Below, one piece after another: positions 1 through 11,859 of a DNA stretch of 64,000 bases. The position numbers and the translations under genes were made by a program. Where the stretch lies: NCBI RefSeq assembly GCF_009914755.1, contig NC_060932.1; one strand, given 5' to 3'. Under the pieces are notes generated by a model, which worked only from the letters and a program-made list of their open reading frames with translations, did not search any database and had not been told where the DNA came from. Positions within the stretch are counted from its first letter, which is position 1, and each line of letters opens with the position of its first letter. The stretch comes from the human T2T-CHM13v2.0 reference genome, Homo sapiens.

Positions 1-220
1 CCAGCTGATCAGCAGCCCCCAACCCCTGCCTGCCAAATTGTCCTTGAGAAACCCTAGCCTCTGAATTTTGTGGGGAGATTGATTTGAGTAATGACTCTAT
101 CTCCCACATGGCATGGTTGGCCTCATGTCAGTTAAGCTATTTCTCCTTTGCAATGCCATGATCTTAGTGAATTGGTTTTGTTTGTGCAGTGAACAAAGAG
201 AAGCTGCCAGACAGTTAAGA
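1..220 (+). mobile_element. 3' end of an ERV1-class LTR (MER39/LTR8-like group), cut by window edge
   Basis: ggggagattgatttgagtaat...gtgaattggttttgtttgtgcagtg resembles the LTR8 3' end at 40515-40706; subfamily uncertain. Confidence 0.55.
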
Positions 221-224
221 GTTC

Positions 225-454
225 TAGTTACATTTTTGATGCTAACAAAATGAGCAGCCTGTCCCCGCAGCAGCTGAATTCACAGGAAATCCCCTATGAG
301 GGGGGTTAATGTCACTGTATTTTCTGGAGGCTCTGCTTTAGTCAGATAAAGGAAGTTGAGATAAGATTTATTTCTGCATCTTCTTCAGTTCAAATCTTTT
401 CCCTTTAAGATAATCTTTATACCAATTCTGGGGGTCTGAGCATGTTCCCACACA
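225..454 (-). mobile_element. ERV1 LTR 5' fragment (MER31/MER34-like)
   Basis: Reverse complement starts tgtgtgggaacatgctcagacccccagaattggtataaagattatctt, paralleling the start of the MER34 at 528. Confidence 0.45.
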
Positions 455-743
455 GGTTGGTAACAGCCAACAGGGAAGGCTAGCCCCACCTCTTTGCCTG
501 TCCCATGAGGATGAGTACTCACACTGGTGTAAGAGACCAGAACATGCCACCCCCAAATACTCTGCCTTGGCATAAGGATTATTTTGAGAAACTGAAGACA
601 CAGAAAAATCTCTGAAAGCAGAGTAGAGGTTACCCTTTTGTAGGGGCAATTTATATCTATAAGGGAAATCTCCATTTGTAAGGATGTCTATCTGTACCAG
701 GAACTCTTATCAATGGAAAAGGCATGGATTTAAATCTTCAGAA

Positions 744-1972
744 TGTTGATGAAAAGAGTCAAACCCTGTAAAATACTGGAAGAGATTTATTCTGAGCCAA
801 ATATGAGTGACCGATGGCCCATGACACAGCTCTCAGGAGATCCTGAGGACAAGTGCCCAAGGTAGTCCAGGTTTAGCTTGGCTTTACACATTTTAGAGAG
901 ATATAAGACATCGATCAATACATGTAAGACATACACTGGTTTCATTTGGAAAGTCAGCACAATTGGAAGCAAGGCGTTTCCAAGTCACAAGCAGATTCAA
1001 AGATTTTCTGATTGGCAATTGGTGGAAAGAGCTATTATCAATAGAAAGGAATGTCTGGCTGAGGGGTTGTGGAGACCAAGGTTTTATCATGGGGATAAAG
1101 CCTCCAGGTAGCAGGCTTCAGAGAGAATAGATTGTAAATGTTTTTATTAAAGAGTCTGCTGTATCAGTAATTTCAAAAGGGAGGTGAGTATCCTGAGGCA
1201 TATCTGGCTCTGCCTTCCCATCATGGCCTGAAACTAGTTTTTTAGGTTAACTTTGGAAGGCCCTTGGCTGAGAGGAGGGGTCCATTCAGATGACTGGATG
1301 TAGGCCTTCAAATTTTTTTTTACATTGCTACTGAATGTTTATGAGTATTAATGCAGGATATGGAAATATCCCTTAAAGAATTGAGAATAATTTTAGAAAA
1401 TTTTTTTTCACTTTCATTTCAAGTTCAGGGGTACATGTGCAGGTTTGTTATATAGGCAAACTTGTGTCATGGGGGTTTGTTGTACAGATTATTTCATCAC
1501 CCAGGTATTAAGCCCAGTACCATTAGTTATTTTTCCTGATCCTCTCCCTCCTCCTACCCTTCAGCCTCTGATAAGCCCCAGTGTATATTGTTCCCCTTTA
1601 TGTGTCCATGTGTTCTCATCATTTAGCTCCCCGTCATAAGTGAGAACATGCAGTATTTGGTTTTCTGTTCCTGCAATAGTTTGCTAAGGAGAATCCAAAA
1701 CTATAAAAACTTCAGCAAAGATTTCATGATGAAGACGCCAAAAGCAATTGCAATAAAAGCAAATATTGACAAATGGGATCTAATTAAACTAAAGAGCTTC
1801 TGCACAGCAGAAGAAACTATGACTATGACTATGTCTGTTTACTAGAAGACTACACAGACAACCTAAATAATGGGAGAAAATTTTTGCAAACTATGCATCT
1901 GACAAAGGTCCAATAACCTGCATCTGTAAGGAACTTAAATTTCAAGAAAATAACTTTATTTTGGGGTTTACA
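744..1972 (-). mobile_element. MER4-family solo LTR (744-1312 plus terminal 1952-1972)
   Basis: tgttgatgaaaagagtcaaa...gagatttattctgagccaaatatgagtgacc; terminus tttattttggggtttaca; imperfect 4-bp TSD agaa/ataa. Confidence 0.8.
1401..1950 (-). mobile_element. Old L1PA (about L1PA13-16) 5'-truncated and 5'-inverted: 3'UTR on minus 1401-1690, ORF2 piece on plus 1691-1950
   Basis: ttcaggggtacatgtgcaggtttgttatataggcaaac 3' end; plus-strand peptide [31 protein letters not shown]. Confidence 0.85.
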
Positions 1973-3468
1973 ATAACAAACCCTACCATGGTTTACTGAG
2001 CTTTTCCTAGGCATCTCCCAGTAACTGGCCCTGCCTCCACCTTTCTTTCTTTCTTTCAGTTGAAGATGGTATTTCAGCCTAAATTCTAAGCCACCTTTTT
2101 GAAATTTAGTCATTTTTCCCTTGAATATGTCCTGGGTATACATGAGGTATACACGTTAATAAATTGTTTTTCTTTTGTTAATCTGTCTTTTGTTACAGGG
2201 GTTTGTCCCAACTAAGAAGGATAAAGGGTAGGGAGAAAATTATTTTCATGCCATGAGAAGGAGTTAGGACTTTAAAATGCCTTAGTTAGGAAGCCATGGC
2301 AAATGCCAGGAGAGGGAGTTGGGACTTTAAAATGAGTGGATTACCATAAACTGGCAACTCAACATTGGTGTCTCTTCTATCATTAGTGAAAATGGGAGCT
2401 TTAGGATTAACAAACAATCATGAAAAATAAAGGGATTTTTTTTTTCCACAGCACATGTAAATTTTTGTGGGTAGTTTCTACCCTCTCCTACATCACAGAT
2501 CTGCCAGAGTTGGTGAGGAATACAAGCATCTCCTCAGCTGATTCCTTTAAAAATAAAACTTTCAAAGACATGGTATTTCCCACACTGAGGCCAAGTGAGG
2601 CCATTCTGTACTTAGCAGAGTCGCTGGGAATCAAAGAGAGACACTGGGAATTGGTGCTGGATGATTTCTTAGACAATTTAACACATCCAGAAAACCTTAA
2701 AAATTGCTGAAGTCTATTTTGGTTACTTAATTTGTAATTTTGTATAAGCAGAATGAATTATTCATAGAAAGTACCAGCCAGTATGGGTGTTTTGTACATA
2801 AGGGCAATTTGTAGTCTCTGGGAACCCTGAAACCACGAAGTACCAACATTAGCATCCCATGTCCTGCTTCTGGGTCTCAGGATTCCTGTGGTTGATGCAG
2901 GCCAGCACCTCTCCTCCCCGCTTTTCTCTTTATAACAAAGTCTGAAATTGTCCCAAAGCACAAAAGTTCCCAGTACACTACCGGAAGTGACTACATTTAA
3001 GTGTTTGAGGAAAAATAAAAATGATCATGATTCAAGGAGCCAGCTTTTCCTTGGCCTGAGAACTTGACATTAATTAAAATGAACTGTCTTAATCTCATCT
3101 AACTTTCATGAAGGGACAGTGTCATGCTACTTTAGCTTTTGCTTTGACAGACTTTCCTGAAAATTCTGATCAAGTCACTTACTGTAGACTGAGCATGAAG
3201 AAGAGTGTTCAAACAGCAAAAAATTCCAGTGGGTGGCGAGAGAAAGGTTACTCTCGGACAAATTCCTTTTCATAAGTCCTGACTGTGATTTCCGTGTGAC
3301 TACAGCTGGCCCTACAGCCGTGTGTGGGTTTTGGGAATTGGGGAATTCCCTGTAGAATTATCTAGCTGACAGTTTATTCACATAAAAAGTGCAAAGACAC
3401 AGACAAAAGATCCCACCCAAATCAATAAGCAACATCAGCTGATGCCTCATCTATATACTCTACCGAGG

Positions 3469-3633
3469 CAGCAGCTCTCAAATTAGAATCAACTGGGAAG
3501 ATCTGACAAATGCAAGTACCCAGACACATCCTACACAAACTTAATTATCATCTCTAAGGGTGGGACTCAGGCATGTGTAGTTTTAAAAATTCCCCCAGGT
3601 GGTTACCATGTGCAGCCGTGTCTGAGAACCAAT
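3469..3633. mobile_element. MER5A (hAT-Charlie MITE)
   Basis: cagctctcaaa...ttagaatca...cccaggtggttaccatgtgcagcc...tgagaacca. Confidence 0.65.
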
Positions 3634-3704
3634 ATCTTGACAGGGTACTCCGGGAACGATACTGAACCATGAATGTGGGTCGCCATGGAATTAAGGGACA
3701 GAAC

Positions 3705-4269
3705 TGAGACACAAATAATACAGGGTGGTCACAGAAAAATAAAATATTCCAGGCAGCAGTTCCACATGACTCGAGGATATGACCTGGGAAGACTCTGAAA
3801 ACCCAGGATATGGACCAAGCTGGTTATGACCGAATGGATCCAACAAGGCACTGGATTTGATCTAGGTTTCACCTAGGCCCTCATTATATGCTCATTAACA
3901 CCCCAAATCACACACCCACCAGTGCCATGACCATTCCAGGAAAACTGTATTTGGAGTAAAATAGGGTGGCACCACAGTTCTGAGAAATCTCTACCTTCTT
4001 CCAGGAATCTTCATGAATATGCCACCTCTTGGTTAAAGAATCCCATAAAAGTTGCAGCCCCAAACCCCATTTGCATGAGTCTCTCTTGAGTACACCTGCA
4101 CTCCCCTTTCTTGAGTGTGTGTACTTTTCGCTTTGAAATCAATCTCTGTACTTGCACTATTTTCTGAGTCATCCTTGACTCCTTTTCGTGCTGGTGTCAA
4201 GAGTGAGGACACTTGCTGGGGTCAAGGTGCCGCCAGCATTTAGGGACCTCCCCCAACCCACCAGTGTCA
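3705..4269 (+). mobile_element. MER61-family solo LTR (ERV1)
   Basis: TG...CA termini (tgagacacaaataatacagggtggtc...ccagtgtca), perfect 4-bp TSD gaac (3701-3704/4270-4273). Confidence 0.75.
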
Positions 4270-4809
4270 GAACGACTTCTCCTCAGTTCAAAGAGAGACC
4301 ACAAATGAGAGGGACAAAATCTTCAGCACAGATTACAACTACACCTATATTATTAGAGACAGGTATTGGTCAGGGCTTCATAGACAGACCCTCTGTCCTC
4401 CTTTCACTACAGAAGCAATTAGGAAGTAAGAGATCTCTCATTTCCTAGGCTTTTCCTGGTTATTAAGTACAAATGAAGAGGTATTATAGACCCAAGATGC
4501 CAAGCATTTTGGTTTTGCTGAATGCAAATATAGGAAATGCTCCTTGCCCAAATCAGAGAGTTGATAAGCTGATAAAGAGCTCCTGCAGACACCTTGACTA
4601 ATGCCATAACGGCACACTTCAGAAGTGACCTGGGCATCACAGACGGTCAGGGTCATATGAGGTTAGAAAAGGGACAGGCGACGTCACTGATGCTTAAAGG
4701 GAAAGAAGCCTGAGCAAGGCTCGCACACCTCAGTGAAGCCAGGGGGGGTTCCTGGCCTTGCACTATCACTGGTGCTGTGGCCTTCTAATGGGTGGAGGAT
4801 ATAAAGAAC

Positions 4810-4925
4810 ATTATTCAACAAACATTTACTGAGCACCTTCTATGTACAGGCACTGTTCTGGTTTCTGAGGTCACAAAGTAAACAAAACAGATAAAATCTC
4901 CTGCCTTCAAGGACCTTAGAATCTG
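4810..4925 (-). mobile_element. L2 3' end
   Basis: attcaacaaacatttactgagcaccttctatgtacaggcactgttct. Confidence 0.75.
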
Positions 4926-4979
4926 ACTTCTACCCATTGTATTCCAATACCTTTGTCTGAACTACTCAAACACATCCTT

Positions 4980-5424
4980 TTCCTGGGTTGAATAACACCA
5001 CCGCCCCAAATATATGTCTAACTAGAACCTCCAGAAGGTGACCTTTCTTGGAATAAGGGTCTTTGCCAATCTAAGTCAGTTAAAGATCTTGAGATCAGAT
5101 TTTTCTAGCTCAGAGTGAGCCTAAAATCCAATGATGAGTATCCTTTTAAGAAACAGAAACGGAGTAATAGACAGAGAGAGACACAGGCCATGTGCAGATG
5201 GAGGCAGAAATTAGAGAAAGTCCACAATCCAAGGAACACCAAGGATTGCCAGGTACCACTAGACACTTAGAGAGAGGCATGGAATTCTCCCTCCGAACCA
5301 ATCCTACCGTCACCCTGATTTTGGATTTCTGGCTCCTAGAACTGTGAGAAAACAAATGGACTTGTTCTAAGCGGTATGAGTAATTTGTATAGTAATTCGT
5401 TATGCAGCCCTGGGAAACTAACAT
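4980..5424 (+). mobile_element. MLT1C/D-like MaLR LTR
   Basis: gggttgaata...gtgacctttcttggaataagggtctttg...ctagaactgtgagaaaacaaat...gttatgcagccctgggaaacta. Confidence 0.75.
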
Positions 5425-6330
5425 GTCCCCTAACTGGGCTTCCTTCCTCTGCCCTTGTCTCCCACAGTTGTCAGAGTGATCCTTCTGGAACCCAAGTCAG
5501 ATCGCGCCGCTGCTCTGCTCAAAGTCGGTCAGCAGCTCACATCTCACTTGAAGCAAAAGCCAGGGTCTTTTCAAGGACCTTCAAAGCCCTTGGCACTGGG
5601 GAGGGACAATCTGGCCCTAGCTATCTTTCCAGGCACGTCTCTTAACCAACCTTCCCATCTCCCTCAGAACAGTAAGTTCTAGCCACACAGGAATGTCCCT
5701 GGTACATGGGTCCCACCTGCCGAGAATGCTTTTCTCCTCCAGATACTCCTCCTGCCTTATTTCCTTACAAATCTCTGCCCAAATATCACTGTATCAGTGG
5801 AGACCTCCTTGGGTCACTCTTCTCTCTCCATGCCCTTACTCTGCACCTGACATCATATATACATATAGATCAACACAAGTATAGATATGGCCAGAGATAT
5901 AAAGCGTCTCCCAGTAGAACGCATTCTCCCTGAGGATAAGAATTTTAGTTTTTTAATTTTTATTTTAATTTTTTTGAGACAGGGTCTTGCTCTGTTGCCC
6001 AGGTTGGAGTGCAGTGGTGTAATCACAGCTCACTGCAGCCTCGACCTTCCTGGGCTCAGGTAAGGCATAAGGATTTTATTTCGTTTGCTGCTGCATTCCC
6101 ATTAGCTATCTCTGAAATGCCATATCCTAGAGTTTTTGCCTATTTTTGAGCACATTACAGATTACTTTGCATTAAGGATATCTCTTATTATATGTCTTAT
6201 GTCTCCTACAGGATTGAAAGCTTCTTGAAGATTGGAACTCTGTTTCAGTCATACCTGTTTCAGCCTTTCTCTCTGTCTAGCCTAAGACAGTACTTTGCAG
6301 ATAGTCAATGTTCAAGACGTACTAATTGTT
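5425..6330 (+). mobile_element. L2 fragments interrupted by a truncated Alu
   Basis: cagagtgatccttctggaacccaagtcagatc..., tgcccaaatatcact..., gcagatagtcaatgttcaa. Confidence 0.55.
5950..6061 (-). mobile_element. 5'-truncated AluJ (right-arm fragment)
   Basis: gagacagggtcttgctctgttgcccagg...cagctcactgcagcctcgacc; degenerate TSD ataagaatttta/ataaggatttta. Confidence 0.85.
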
Positions 6331-6785
6331 TGGACCATGACCTAGCCTTTTTAGGTATCAATCTGCACAAACTGAACTTTAAATTTCTTATTTTCTTAAA
6401 ATGTTTAAGAATGAACTCACCTAAAGGATCTTGGACTTTTATAAGTATATCTTAGGAAGAAAGCAATCCTATAAAAAGATTGTAATCCAAACTGTTTGTT
6501 CAGTGAGAAATGTTCTTTTTTTTGACATTTATTAAATGTCAACAACACATCTAGTATATGGCATATTAAAAGCTGCTTCTTAAAAAAAATGCTAGGGACC
6601 ATATATTGAAAGCACTGTAAACACTCATTAATTTCGACTCCCCCATTTTGAGATTTTGCTACTTCCAACAGGGAGGGAAAGGAGCTTGGGCTGAGATATC
6701 TGATCTAAATATACACATAAAATATTTGCTTATATTTTAACTAATATCCTGGGAAGTTGTTTAAACCACTTAAGTAGCCCTTTAA

Positions 6786-7148
<363 letters not shown>

Positions 7149-7589
7149 TAAAAATGAACTGATAAGAGAATTTAAGGCATTCCTGTTTATTCACTAATAT
7201 AAGTTCCAAAACATTTCTTGAAAGTAGGATTCTCACCCATGAAAAGCAGAGGTGCCAGCAAGGCAGAGACTTGATCAGGTCATGGGCTGTCAGAATGATC
7301 TGCCCGAGGAGAAATCTGCAATGGGCATAAAGAGTCTGTAAAAGTTAGTCCTGGAACTTCAAAGTTAAAATGAACTTCATTCCAACAACCTCCACTCAAT
7401 CTGTAGGAGTTTAAAATGCAATATAGAAGAAGAGTCACAGATAGGATTCACTTAACTACTTTTTTTCCTCTTCTTAACTTAAAATGACTATAATTTGATT
7501 TAATTTTCTTTGAGAAGAAACCACCCCCCAAAATTGTTCTCTTGGCTTTTGTTTCTGTGTTTACATAAGCAGAGAGATAACAGATAGAA

Positions 7590-7750
7590 AACAACACTGA
7601 GCTAGAAACAAGGGGAACTGATCCCAGACTTCTCCCTAACTTGCGTGCTCTTAGACGAGTCACTTTCCCTGGGCCCCAGTTTCCTCATTTGTAAAATTAG
7701 GGGTTTGGAATACTTGATTTCTCCAACAGTTCTAATGCTCTGAGATCTAC
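7590..7750 (+). mobile_element. MIR
   Basis: Core gagtcactttccctgggccccagtttcctcatttgtaaaattagggg. Confidence 0.75.
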
Positions 7751-8022
7751 ATAGTTATATATAGTATTGTTGTGAAAATCTGACTTCTTATCAAATGTGA
7801 GTTCTTGGAAGTTTTGCCTTTTAGACTTAAGTCTTCATTATCATCTTCAAAATTTGTAAGATTAATCTCTGTATCTATGATCAAATATTCTCAAGAAGGC
7901 ATTGTTCATCTAAAGACCTGAGATTTATAGGTAAAACAACTCAAAATAAATAAGAAGTTACCCAATGCCACCTTTAAATGTTTTTTTATTTATTTTTTTC
8001 TTGTACAATATTTATCTTAGCA

Positions 8023-8524
<502 letters not shown>

Positions 8525-8559
8525 TGATTAAGAAATCGTGTTATGTTCTAAGAAACAAT

Positions 8560-8760
8560 TAGCCACAAAGGCCCACCCTTCTCTGTGTATTCCCCAGGGT
8601 CCGTCCTCATGACTCCCCTAAAACTGCTAACGACTTTGTTTTCCAGCCTCTATAAAACTCCAGTTCCCTTCATTTCCTTTCCTCATTAATAACTGTTCTT
8701 CCTATGGCAATAACTTGAATAAAATCTCCCTAATTGCCTGGTAGATATTATCTTTGGCCA
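8560..8760 (+). mobile_element. Possible old ERV LTR fragment
   Basis: tataaaa followed about 70 bp later by gcaataacttgaataaaatc, a typical LTR R-region layout; family not recognised. Confidence 0.3.
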
Positions 8761-9136
8761 TATATAGCTAACAGCATGTGCTGCGTGCTCTGATGAAATC
8801 ATACCTGGTGCTACATTAATTAGGTGAACAAGGAAGGCCTCAGTGAGGAGGTGACATTTATACTAAGACCTAAATAACAGGAGGGAGTGAGCCATGGACT
8901 GAGCAAGAGGAAAAGCCTTCCAGGTGGGGATTGGGGGCGACCCGCGCAAATATTCTAATGCACGAATAGCTTGGTGTTCCGCAGAAGTCTAGAGCATAGT
9001 GAGCTGGGGAGTGGAGTGGGTTAGGGCACAGTCCAGTGGTAGCAGAGGAGGTTAGGAAAGAGAGATAACAGAGGAATGATCATGAAAGCCTTGCCGCACA
9101 TGGTGAGAAAACTGGATCTTATTTAAAGCGCAACAG

Positions 9137-9459
9137 GGCCAGGTGCTGTGTCTCACGCCTGTAATCCCAGCACTTTGGGAGGCCAAGGCAGGTGGATCAC
9201 CTGAGGTCAGGAGTTCGACACCAGCCTGGCCAACATGGTGAAACCCCATCTCTACTAAAAAAAAAAAAAAAATACAAAAATGAGCCAGGCATGGTGGTAG
9301 GCACCTGTAATCCCACCTACTTGGTAGGCTGAGGCAGGAGAATTGCTTGAACCCAGGAGGTGGAGGTTGCAGTGAGCCAAGATAGGCCACTGCACTGCAG
9401 CCTGGGTGACAGAACTAGACTCTGTCTCAAAATAATAATAAAATAAAATAAAGAAAAAG
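9137..9459 (+). mobile_element. AluSx
   Basis: Full dimer with extended middle A-tract. Confidence 0.95.
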
Positions 9460-9537
9460 TAAAGTGCATTGGGAAGCACTAGAAGCATTTAAACAGAGGA
9501 ACGACATGATTTGACGTCTTTTAAAAAGATGATTTTT

Positions 9538-9836
9538 GGCCACACATGGTGGCCCATGCCTGTAATCTCAGCAATTTGCGAGGCCAAAGCAGGAAGATGG
9601 CTTGAGGTCAGGAGTTCAAGACTAGCCTGGGCAGCATAGCGAGACGCTTTCTCTAAAAAAAATTTCAAAAATTAGCCAGGTGTGATGGTGCAGGCCTGCA
9701 GTCCCAGCTACTTGGGAAGCTGAGGTGGAGGATTGCTCGAATCCAGGAGTTTGAGGGTGCAGTGAGCAGTGGTTACACCACTGCACACTGCACTCCACCC
9801 TGGGTAATAGAGCAAGACTTCAACTATATAAGAAAA
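9538..9836 (+). mobile_element. AluJ
   Basis: Dimer; TSD aaaaagatgatttt on both sides. Confidence 0.92.
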
Positions 9837-9902
9837 AAAAAGATGATTTTAGATGGCCAAGAGTGAGAGTAGGAAGCTTGTAGGCCACTGCAGCTATCCA
9901 GG

Positions 9903-10268
9903 TGCAATGGTGTGAATGTTTGTGTCCCTCCAAATTCATATGCTGAAACCTAATCACCAAGGTGATAGTATTAGAAGGTAGGACCTTTGGGAGGTGATCA
10001 GGTCATGGGGGGTAGAGTCTTCATGAATGGGATTAGTGCCCTTATGAAAGAGGCCCCAGAGAAACACCTTACTGCTTCCAGCATAAGAAGATGCAGCAAG
10101 AAGCCACCTTCTGTGAACCAGAAAGTGGGCCCTTACTAGACGCCAACTCTGCCAGCACCTTGATCATGGACTTCTCACAGCCTTTACACTTTTCAAAATG
10201 AACTTTTGTTGTTTATACGCTACCCAGTTTATACCATTTTGTTATAGCAGGTTAAATGGGCTAAGACA
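9903..10268 (+). mobile_element. MLT1A/MLT1A0 solo LTR
   Basis: tgcaatggtgtgaatgtttgtgtccctccaaattcatatg...gggctaagaca; perfect 5-bp TSD ccagg. Confidence 0.88.
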
Positions 10269-10729
10269 CCAGGCAAGAGTTGATAGTGCCTTGGACTGCA
10301 GTAGTGGTAGCAATGGAGAAAAGTGGATACATTTTAAAGAGAGAGTCAATAGAACTTGGTGATGGATTGGAAGTATGGTGGTAAATAAAAGAAAAACAGG
10401 GATTAAGACTGGCTCTCTGATTTTAGTTTTGACTTGGGCAATTGAATAGGTGGTGGTACTACTGGGGTCCAGGGGTCTCCTGAGAGGACACTGATTAAGA
10501 TCTCAACCCAATTTCAGATGTTAGGGGGAGTTCTGGTGTAGACACTTGATGCTAATGAAGGCATGGGAGAACTCAAAAATTAGTTGGAAAACTAAAAAGC
10601 GTGACTGTGTTTATACCCAAAATTTGTCAAAGAAGTCATATACATTAAAATTCATTTACTAAAAATAAATTTATGAGGTACCTACTAATGTCCTAGAGCT
10701 TCCAGGAGTCTGTAGTTGATCCTTTTTAA

Positions 10730-11850
10730 ACTCTTGTAATTCTTTATACAATTCCTGGGTAATATCATCAATTCTCATGTCTTGACTTATAACATATATG
10801 TTAAATTCATCTGATAACTGTATGTATAGTCCAGAGAACTTTTATGCTCCAGGATGTGCGTGTGTGTGCATGCGCACGCACCTGTGTGTACACAAAAGCA
10901 CATATAACTGCCTACTAGATGTCTATTGGATGCCCTACAGGTATATAAAATTAAATACAACACCAAAAAAACATGATCTTCCAGATAACTATGTTGCTCC
11001 CCTTCCTGTGTTTGGTTCTTCAGTCAATGTCATCAAAGCCCAGCCATTCTCCCCACTAAGAACTTGGTTGTCACTCTGTATATTCTATTATTCCATCCTG
11101 TCATCCCACATCTGATTAAGTTCCATTAATGCAACCTCCATCACATCATTCATATTTCTTCATCCCCTTTTCTGTGACTACAAGTCATATAATTATTAAA
11201 CCTCTCATGAAATACTATGATAGTATTCTAGTCCCCTGAACCCTACTGCCTCAATTGCCTTCCGCACCATAACCAGTGTGGTATATCTAACACAAAATTA
11301 TGACCATGCCACTCTCCCAATCAAAACTCTTCAAAAGCATCTCATTACCTACAGGAAAAAGTCCAAATCCTGTAGCCTGGTATATGCAGCCCTACGTCAT
11401 TTGGGTCCTGCCTAGTTCTCCCTCCACGTTTCATACCACCACCACCCTACATTTAATGCATCTCAAACTTCTTCCTATTTTCCCAGAAGCATGATGCTCA
11501 CTCTGCTTCTCTTGCCTAGAATGTCCCTATTCATTACCCACCTCCTAGCTGGTGAGCACCTGCTTATCTTCCAAGAGGTGCCTAAGCTTCCCTTTCTCTA
11601 TGGTCTTTTCTGTCTGCTGCCAAATTGAATGATCCACTCCCTTCTTTGTGCCCCAACTCTATTTTGTACATATTTCAACTACAGTACTATACATAACACT
11701 GTACTTATTTATTTAAAAGTGTATCTTCCCCCCTAGACTGTATGCCCTCAAGGGAAGGGATAATACTCTACTTATATTTGTATCATTAGCATGGAGCTCA
11801 GTGCCTAACATGTAACACTAGTTAATAAAATTTTAGTCAATGATTAAGTA
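10730..11850 (+). mobile_element. L2 (3' part)
   Basis: cctactagatgtctattggatg..., ctagactgtatgccctcaagggaaggg..., agtgcctaacatgtaacactagttaataaa. Confidence 0.7.
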
Positions 11851-11859
11851 TGTTAATGA

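Larger units (their letters stand above)
528..2255 (+). mobile_element. MER34-family solo LTR, split (528-743 and 1973-2255) by nested MER4 and L1
   Basis: Starts tgtaagagaccagaacatgccacccccaaata...ggcataaggattattttgag; 3' part has aataaa...gttaatctgtcttttgttacagggg. Confidence 0.7.
8770..10460 (-). mobile_element. L2 interrupted by two Alus and an MLT1A
   Basis: aggaaggcctcagtgaggaggtgacattta...; catgatttgacg...; gagagtcaatagaacttggtgatggattgga. Confidence 0.7.

Noticed and set aside
2420-2710. 96-aa protein-looking ORF (MKNKGIFF...)
   Set aside because: No recognisable domain or convincing exon structure; length within chance expectation.
3705-4269. p53 response element, known in some MER61 subfamilies
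   Set aside because: I could not find a paired RRRCWWGYYY site in this copy.
10854-10893. Alternating purine-pyrimidine tract (Z-DNA candidate)
   Set aside because: Short, interrupted, ordinary decayed microsatellite inside L2.
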